Below are positions 1 to 5,371 of a stretch of 5,371 nucleotides of DNA, piece by piece; the first letter of the stretch is position 1, and every line of letters starts with the position of its first letter. Made by a program: the position numbers and the translations under genes. The stretch spans positions 1 through 5,371 of the forward strand of contig CAJINV010000121.1 of the NCBI GenBank assembly GCA_905178155.1, written 5' to 3'. Source of the DNA: Amoebophrya sp. A120. Its lineage: Eukaryota > Protista > Dinoflagellata. Below the pieces are notes generated by a model. The model saw nothing but the letters and a program-made list of their open reading frames with translations. It ran no database searches and had not been told where the DNA came from.

Positions 1-95
1 AGTGCAACTTGTCATGCGTGACTCACAAAACTCCTAGGTTTGTGTTGCAAAATCCCCATCCTGACTCTGGTGTGGGTACGTTTTTACTCAGGATA
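1..95. mobile_element. TIR introner-like element, family A, copy A1 (truncated by window edge)
   Basis: 94/95 identical to 5274-5368; ends ...TTTTTACTCAGGATA; interrupts the long ORF. Predicted flanking duplication is CAAGT (96-100); the other copy is not visible. Confidence 0.9.
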
Positions 96-1685
96 CAAGT
101 CCTTCGTCCCGCTTTTTTCCAAAGCCGACGACAGCATTTTCGTCGCCGCCTCCAGCATCACCTCTTTTGCGGTTTTGGCGTCAAGCGAAAACTGCGCGTA
201 CTCGTCTTTTTTACTACCACTCGATGATGACGATGCTGCGCCTGCTGCTGGTGTACTACTAGAACCGGACGTAGTGGCTTCAGCCTTGTTCTTTTTGTCC
301 ACTTTTTTCGCCGCGGCGCTCGCGGCCAAGGAGTTTTCCGGCGGTGAAGAGGATGAAGATGTCGGGGAATTCGTATTGGTCGACGTGTCAACACTTGGAT
401 TATCTTGATCTTGTTCCTGCTGCTGCAGCTGCTCCCCGTCCTCCACTTCCAGTAGCTGTAAACCCGAACCACTTGGATCATTATTTGCTCCAGCGGTAGC
501 TGTTTCTGTTACTTCTCCTGCTCCTGAAGGTGGACCAAAACCGGGATAGCTCAACATGGCCGCTGCACCATCAGGAACCAGAACTCCTTCACTGCCCAAG
601 CTTGTTTCAACGCCGTCGCTGGTACTACTACCCCAGGAACTGCTACTGCCCGCTGCTTCCGCAGACGTGGGCTCGATGATCCCCGAAGATGAACCGGTGT
701 CGTTTGCCTGCATTCGGAATTCCGTCATGGTGGTGGCAATCCCCGCTTCATTGGCCAATACGGGCGAGCCCGGTAAAATGCCGCCGGGAACTTGACCAAC
801 CCCGGGTTGCAAACCCGCCGGCGGCAGGCGCTGGGCCGTGCCACTGGGAGGTCCTCGTTGCTGCTTGTTCTTGCGCGCTTGTTTCTTTGCTGCAGCACCC
901 GTTGGTGCGCCGGCGTTAGTATTTGCGCCGGCGTTTGTTCCACCTCCCGGTCGAACATTCCTACTAGGCCCGCGAAGCCGGTCCGGCTGCTCCGTGATGA
1001 TCTGTTTTTCCTCCACATTCTTCGCATCGGCGTCCAGTTTGGACCGTCCCGGAGCCGGGACCCCGGTGGGCACGAGCGCGCCGGGGAAGATTTCCTCTTG
1101 TCGCTTCTTTTTGGCAGTGGAAGGGGTCTCCTGCTGCTGCTGCTGCTGCGAAGAGGATAGCGTCCCACCATTTCCAAACGACCGGCCCGTCAGCACGTGC
1201 CAATGGGTACTGGCGTGTCCGTGTTTATTGTTGCGGGGGATGGTCGTGCTGGTCGTCCCAGCAGCACTTGTTCTGCTACTGGTAACCGCCGCCGGCGTCC
1301 CCGCGACATTTTCCGCACTCAAGGCACTCGCCGGCTTCGGCGGCGAGGACACGGGTTTCTTTTCCGCTTCAGCTTGTCCCTGGCCGTTCTTGACGTGCTC
1401 CTTTTTGGAAGAACTTGTACCAGTTGTGCCCAGTGCCGTCGTGGACGACGAGGAGGTCTCCCTTAACGACGATGTCGCACGACTAGTGGTCTGTTTTATC
1501 GCCACCTTTTTTACAACCGCAGAAGCTGCAGGGGCCGTCGGTGATGTCTTCTGCGGTGTAGAAGTCGGCACAGCTGCTCCTGTGGAGGTCGCTGCTGGAG
1601 CAGAGGACGACGATTTCAGCAAAGTGCCGGTTTGCAGCGGCGCGCCCACCGCGGGCCGGTAGAGGAGGAGGTAAAGAAGTCGCAT
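96..1685 (-). CDS. Low-complexity, probably disordered S/T/A/G/P/Q-rich protein of unknown function; 3'-partial exon
   Basis: 530 open codons with poly-S and poly-Q tracts. The short hydrophobic N-terminus (MRLLYLLLYRPAVGA) might be a signal peptide. The ORF-track ending YPE* (95-84) lies inside the TIR element, so the real CDS probably continues beyond the window. The start is uncertain. Confidence 0.7.
1131..1148 (-). repeat. (CAG)6 coding microsatellite (poly-Gln)
   Basis: CTG x6 on the plus strand; QQQQQQ in the long ORF. Confidence 0.8.
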
Positions 1686-1689
1686 AGAC

Positions 1690-1968
1690 TATCCTGAGGA
1701 AAAACGTACCCACACCAGAGTCAGGATGGGGATTTTGCAGCACAAACCTAGGAGTTTTGTGAGTCACGCATGACAAGTTGCACTCTGCAGTGTAGTGCAG
1801 GCTAGCAAGTGCAGCCGCATCACAGATTCATCTGCTCATACTGTTCACAGCATCACAAATTCCAAAACACGACTGGAAATGGCTCTCATGCGGATGCGCA
1901 TTACAAGTCTTCCTGTCTTTGCAAATCTGCATTACAACTCTGGTGTGGGTCCGTTTTTACTCAGGATA
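1690..1968. mobile_element. TIR introner-like element, family A, copy A2 (279 bp, inverted relative to A1/A3)
   Basis: 32-bp TIR with 2 mismatches; direct repeat TAGAC at 1685-1689 and 1969-1973. Its reverse complement differs from A3 at about 9 of 279 positions with no gaps. Confidence 0.95.
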
Positions 1969-2014
1969 TAGACCAGACCCATGATCCTCACGCCGGCGGT
2001 CACCGGAAAAAACG

Positions 2015-2276
2015 TATCAAATGCAAAAGTGTCTGGGTCTGGAAGAATGCAACTTCTCATGCTAAATCTGCAGCATGCAAAAATCTGTGTTGCATGATTA
2101 CCAAAAGTCGCCCAAGTTTGACCAATTCGGGAGGTAGTTTCTCATGCAGGATAGGCATTACAAAGGTCTCGCAGAATCTGTCATGCTAGCTCCGGCATTC
2201 CAGACCTCATGGGTCATGGAAAAGCAGCATGACAAATCGCGCATTCTTCCAGACCCAGACATTTTTACACTCGATA
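2015..2276. mobile_element. TIR introner-like element, family B, copy B1 (262 bp)
   Basis: 36-bp TIR (TATCAAATGCAAAAGTGTCTGGGTCTGGAAGAATGC, 4 mismatches); direct repeat AAACG at 2010-2014 and 2277-2281. Confidence 0.93.
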
Positions 2277-3018
2277 AAACGAGGCTCCGAACAATTCGGC
2301 ACCATCCAACTCGACTCGGGCCGCATGCAGTAGAGGCTAGGTTTATAGTGTGGTTCCAGAATTTGGACGGTCAAAAAGTTTTTTCATTCTCATGCAAAGA
2401 GGACCACGCAGTAGTAGATTTATTGCAGTCGTGGTGTTCATGCATTCGTACAGAGACAACAGCACATCACTCACCCTATGACACCAACCGCAAACCCTCT
2501 CGCCCGGACAGAAAAAAAACGACCTCTCACAACTATCGCTCGGAAAAGTCATAAAGTGGTCAAGTTACAATGAGCAGTTGCAATGACCTGCTGCAGTAGG
2601 CACACGAAGCTGCATTCGTCTTTCTTACCATCTATTTAGTTTTAGTAGAGAGCTTTGGTCTGTGAAATAAATTTTCCAGAACGGGAAACACTTTCGCTTT
2701 CCTTTGCTCGTGTTTCAAGACATTGCAGCGCGCAGACACCACTGATCGGCGATGCTTCCGGAAATAGAAATGTCGTTGCAGTCGGATGTCATCCTCCGAT
2801 GAGAGTTTTTTCTCTTCCAAAAAATCACAGCACAGTTCTACTCTTTTTTCAAAATGTCAGATATGATCCAGCCGCGGCAACTATTTACCGTCGGATTGCA
2901 CAATTCTTGCAACCACGACACGGCTCGTTCTCAAACACGAACTTCAGTACAGTCTCCTGCTTTTGAAAAGTTTTACTCAACATTGTACGTCTGAATTGTT
3001 GAAATTGCAAAATGTAAA

Positions 3019-3024
3019 TTTATT
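3019..3024 (-). promoter_or_regulatory. Possible polyadenylation signal AATAAA of CDPK
   Basis: About 57 nt downstream of the stop in AT-rich sequence; it could be chance, and use of this signal in this lineage is unknown. Confidence 0.2.
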
Positions 3025-3080
3025 GTGTTCTGTAAAAAGCTTCGTTGCTCGTGTTCCACTTCCAACTACACCACTTCCAC

Positions 3081-3513
3081 CTACTCCAGCTTGGGTGTGA
3101 AAAATCTTCGGAATTCATCCCAGTCCACCTCCCCGTCGGCGTTTGTGTCCAACTTTGCGATCATGGCTTTCACTTGGTTCGCGTCCGGCGAGAGGGTTCC
3201 CAGCCCCATTTCGCTCCCCTTGCTCAACAGCTCCGCAATCTCGGTTACGGACAAGGATCCGGACCCGTCCTTGTCAAACTTTTGGAACGCCTGCCACAGC
3301 ATGTGGTCCAGGTTGTCGTCGAAGAAGTTCAAACACCCCGCGACAAACTCCGTGTACTCCACTTCGCCCGACTGATCCAAATCCAGGGCCTGCGCGGCTC
3401 GGTGGCACGTGGACTGCTCGACCCCGAGCTCCTGCAACGCCTGCGCCAGTTCCTCCATGGAGAGCGTGCCGTTGTTGTCCACGTCGTACTTCTTGAAGAT
3501 CGCGTTCAACTTC
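3081..3513 (-). CDS. CDPK last exon: calmodulin-like domain with four EF-hands
   Basis: Loops DVDNNGTLSMEE, DLDQSGEVEYTE, DKDGSGSLSVTE and DTNADGEVDWDE; TAG stop at 3083-3081. Confidence 0.95.
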
Positions 3514-5089
3514 TATCGAAGGGAAAAATCCCCCCTCCCCATATCAAAACGAAATTTCTGATGCTGGATTTGCGTACACAAAAATGCTTTGTATTGCAGG
3601 AGGGCATTGCGGCCAGATCCCCAGGCCATGTAGAGACGCATCGGTCTAGTTGCTCAACATGGCAAACGGCTGCCCTTTAGGCCCAACAGCATGACAAACC
3701 GCTTCCATAATGGGCGCGAAGCTTTTGCCCTTGTCTTCTTGCAAGACAAACGTGATTTGTGACCTCAAATCAGCAACGCAAATTTTCGGAAACATGCCTT
3801 TTGATATGGGGAGGGGGAGTTTTTCCTTTCAATAACTTCGGCAGTTTGTTCGCGGAAAGCTGGGAAGCAACCTGCATGCGCATATGGATTGCAAAAATGT
3901 CTGGGTCTGGAAGAATGGAAGGCTTGTCCTGCTTGTCTGGCATGACCCATGATGCTTGTAATGCATGACCCAGCATCGCAGATTTTTGGAAGGCTTCCTG
4001 ATGTCATTTCCGCATGACAAATGCCCTCCTCGCGTAGCACAAATGTGGCGCCTCTTGCTGGTCATGCAATACAGATTTTTTTAGAGTCCAGAGTTAGCAT
4101 CACAAGTTCCAACTTTCCAGACCCAGACATTTTTGCATTTGATAGCGCACCACTTTTTCCAAATCCGACCTTTCGTGAAATTGGCACAGCGACTGAATGG
4201 CGTTCTCGGGGAGGGGGGAAGATTTTTGCGAATTCGCGTCGCGGACCCTGTGTGAAGTAGATGCGGTGTGCTTATTTTTGAATTTGAACAACTAACGAGA
4301 TGACCATGATCCGTACTAACGTTCCGAAGTTTATTTTGCAGACGACACGACAAAAAGCGGTAAAATAAATAGAACACCACCAGCAAAGACTGGAAGTTAG
4401 CTCCAGCCTTCTTCACAAAAATTTATACCAGTCGTATTGGCAGCACTCACTCGCGCTCGGTCTTGACGTGTCCGAATAGGTCAGCATGGCCCGACACAAG
4501 GCCTGCGCCTGGAAGGAGCAGTGGTCCAACAACGCCCAGTTTGGCGGGAGCCGCAGCACCGCCAGCCAGTCCTTCTTTTTGCACGTTTTCGCGATGAAGG
4601 GGAGTTTCCCGCAGAGCAGTTGGAAGAGCACGACGCCCAAGCTCCACACGTCACACTTCGCGCCGAACGACTGGTTCCAGACCTCCGGCGCCATGGTCAC
4701 GGGCGTGCCGGAGATGTTGGTGCTCTTCTATTACAGTGAAAAGTGCCCCCCACCCCCAAAGTGGCAAAAATTTGTGATGCGAAGTTTCCAAATGAAAATT
4801 TTTTGTCATGCATGAAAGGAATATGAATCTTTCTGATGCAGATTCTCGTGGTGTTTCGCATCGCTCGCATGACAAGCACCGCTCTTGCTGGGATCTTTTG
4901 CAATACAAATTTTTGCTATTCACGATCGGAAATCTGTGATGCTGATACACGCAAGAGGGCGAATGTTTCATTTGGAAAGGTTTGCAATACAAATGCTTTC
5001 AAGTTCGGGGGTGGGGGCATTTTTCATTGTAATATCTTCCCGGAATTCTTGTCGAACATTTCCGCCAAACCTAAGTCGATCAACACTGC
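3081..5089 (-). CDS. CDPK: Calcium-dependent protein kinase (CDPK-type: kinase + junction + 4 EF-hands), 5'-partial, multi-exon: join(5089-5040, 4728-4429, 4247-4150, 3882-3840, 3513-3081)
   Basis: The joined exons total 924 nt (308 codons including the stop) with no internal stop: AVLIDLGLAEMFDKNSGKSTNISGTPVTMAPEVW...KCDVWSLGVVLFQLLCGKLPF...RPSASECCQYDW...AIQSLCQFHERSDLEKVVRMQVASQLSANKLPKLNAIFKKYDVDNNG... Kinase, junction and calmodulin-like domain in this order is the CDPK architecture. Exon edges can slide within the 5-bp direct repeats. Upstream exons lie beyond the window. Confidence 0.92.
3514..3834. mobile_element. TIR introner-like element, family C (321 bp); non-canonical intron of CDPK
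   Basis: 36-bp TIR (TATCGAAGGGAAAAATCCCCCCTCCCCATATCAAAA, 4 mismatches); direct repeat ACTTC at 3509-3513 and 3835-3839. Removal gives ..LPKLNAIF.. Confidence 0.94.
3840..3882 (-). CDS. CDPK micro-exon: rest of the junction
   Basis: 43 nt encoding (V)RMQVASQLSANKL(P), resembling the CDPK junction 'IAxxLS' segment; in frame after removal of both flanking elements. Confidence 0.85.
3883..4144. mobile_element. TIR introner-like element, family B, copy B2 (262 bp, inverted relative to B1); non-canonical intron of CDPK
   Basis: 30-bp TIR with 3 mismatches; direct repeat GCGCA at 3878-3882 and 4145-4149. Removal gives ..EKVVRMQVAS.. Confidence 0.94.
4150..4247 (-). CDS. CDPK exon: linker and first part of the autoinhibitory junction
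   Basis: VRDANSQKSSPLPENAIQSLCQFHERSDLEKV, in frame with both neighbours. It may start at 4271 under the alternative intron model. Confidence 0.8.
4248..4428 (-). other. CDPK intron, GT-AG model (181 nt); alternative non-canonical model 4272-4422 (151 nt)
   Basis: AT-rich with an in-frame TGA at 4415-4413. TG|GTATAA...ACACAG|GGTC restores the frame (YDWVRDA). Confidence 0.6.
4429..4728 (-). CDS. CDPK exon: kinase subdomains VIII-XI
   Basis: GTPVTMAPE, DVWSLGV, GKLPF and RPSASE motifs; GC-rich third positions. The 3' edge is 4429 or about 4423 depending on the intron model. Confidence 0.92.
4729..5034. mobile_element. TIR introner-like element, family D (306 bp); non-canonical intron in the CDPK activation loop
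   Basis: Imperfect TIR of about 30 bp (TATTACAGTGAAAAGTGCCCCCCACCCCC); direct repeat TCTTC at 4724-4728 and 5035-5039. Removal gives ..DKNSGKSTNISGTP.. Confidence 0.94.
5040..5089 (-). CDS. CDPK exon: subdomain VII (DLG, the DFG equivalent)
   Basis: Translates AVLIDLGLAEMFDKNSG; 50-nt exon between two TIR elements. Confidence 0.88.
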
Positions 5090-5368
5090 TATCCTGAGTA
5101 AAAACGTACCCACGCCAGAGTTGTAATGCAGATTTGCAAAGACAGGAAGACTTGTAATGCGCATCCGCATGAGAGCCATTTCCAATCGTGTTTTGGAATT
5201 TGTGATGCTGTGAACAGGATGAGCAGATGAATCTGTGATGCGGCTGCGCTTGCTAACCTGCACTACACTGCAGAGCGCAACTTGTCATGCGTGACTCACA
5301 AAACTCCTAGGTTTGTGTTGCAAAATCCCCATCCTGACTCTGGTGTGGGTACGTTTTTACTCAGGATA
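5090..5368. mobile_element. TIR introner-like element, family A, copy A3 (279 bp); probable non-canonical intron of CDPK
   Basis: 32-bp TIR with 1 mismatch. The left flank is ACTGC (5085-5089) and the right flank begins ACT (5369-5371, window end), consistent with a 5-bp duplication. Confidence 0.93.
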
Positions 5369-5371
5369 ACT

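Noticed and set aside
40-1662. Plus-strand ORFs 40-408, 556-795, 792-1160, 838-1662 and 1197-1466
   Set aside because: Antisense shadows of the GC-rich minus-strand ORF; no recognisable motifs.
1809-2554. ORFs within or across elements (1809-2189, 2144-2554; likewise 3759-4065, 4651-5263, 9-227) as a possible transposase or element peptide
   Set aside because: They are short, cross element boundaries and show no DDE or recombinase motif. Shared peptides such as MSCVTHKTP and ILPDPDIF simply reflect the DNA repeats.
3056-3085. Imperfect 15-bp tandem repeat giving two in-frame TAGs at the CDPK end; possible stop-codon reassignment as reported for one Amoebophrya strain
   Set aside because: More than 800 reconstructed codons, many of them Gln or Trp, contain no in-frame stop, and the TAG falls right after EF-hand 4 where CDPKs normally end.
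3025-3680. Plus-strand ORFs 3025-3375, 3045-3680 and 3143-3496
   Set aside because: Antisense to the EF-hand exon.
4208-4227. Exonic GGGGAGGGGGGAAGATTTTT resembling the family C TIR
   Set aside because: A short low-complexity match that encodes in-frame QKSSPLP, with no TAT end or duplication; probably chance.
1685-5089. Terminal TA plus the first G of the duplication forming a universal UAG acceptor
   Set aside because: It holds for A2, C, D and A3 but not for B1 (CGTTT), B2 (TGCGC) or the predicted A1 repeat (ACTTG), and there is no matching GT/GC donor in the precise-removal register.
3081-5089. CDPK as a transposon-disrupted pseudogene
   Set aside because: The exons have no frameshifts or stops and retain their motifs despite several insertions of different families; it is not formally excluded without RNA data.
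1-5368. CRISPR array or prokaryotic IS interpretation of the repeats
   Set aside because: No regular repeat-spacer units, no cas or transposase genes, and the host gene is a spliced eukaryotic CDPK.

Overview
Eukaryotic genomic DNA, probably from an alveolate. The intron style suggests a syndinian dinoflagellate such as Amoebophrya, but this is inference. Two minus-strand genes are present. One is the 3' half of a calcium-dependent protein kinase (kinase subdomains VII-XI, junction, four EF-hands; 3081-5089). The other is a long exon for a low-complexity Ser/Thr/Ala/Gly-rich protein (96-1685). About one third of the window (1804 bp) is seven short non-coding terminal-inverted-repeat (TIR) elements from four sequence families (279, 262, 321 and 306 bp). 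Five have a complete exact 5-bp flanking direct repeat; the other two lie at the window edges. At the three kinase insertions with both flanks visible, removing the element plus one repeat copy restores the reading frame and conserved motifs exactly, yet no register of that removal gives GT-AG. They therefore look like MITE-like introner elements forming non-canonical introns. The four families share a hidden grammar: all 13 visible ends read TAT-N7-AAAAR-Y, and a degenerate YTGTNATGC motif recurs inside in pairs 31-33 bp apart. All alignments and counts were done by eye.
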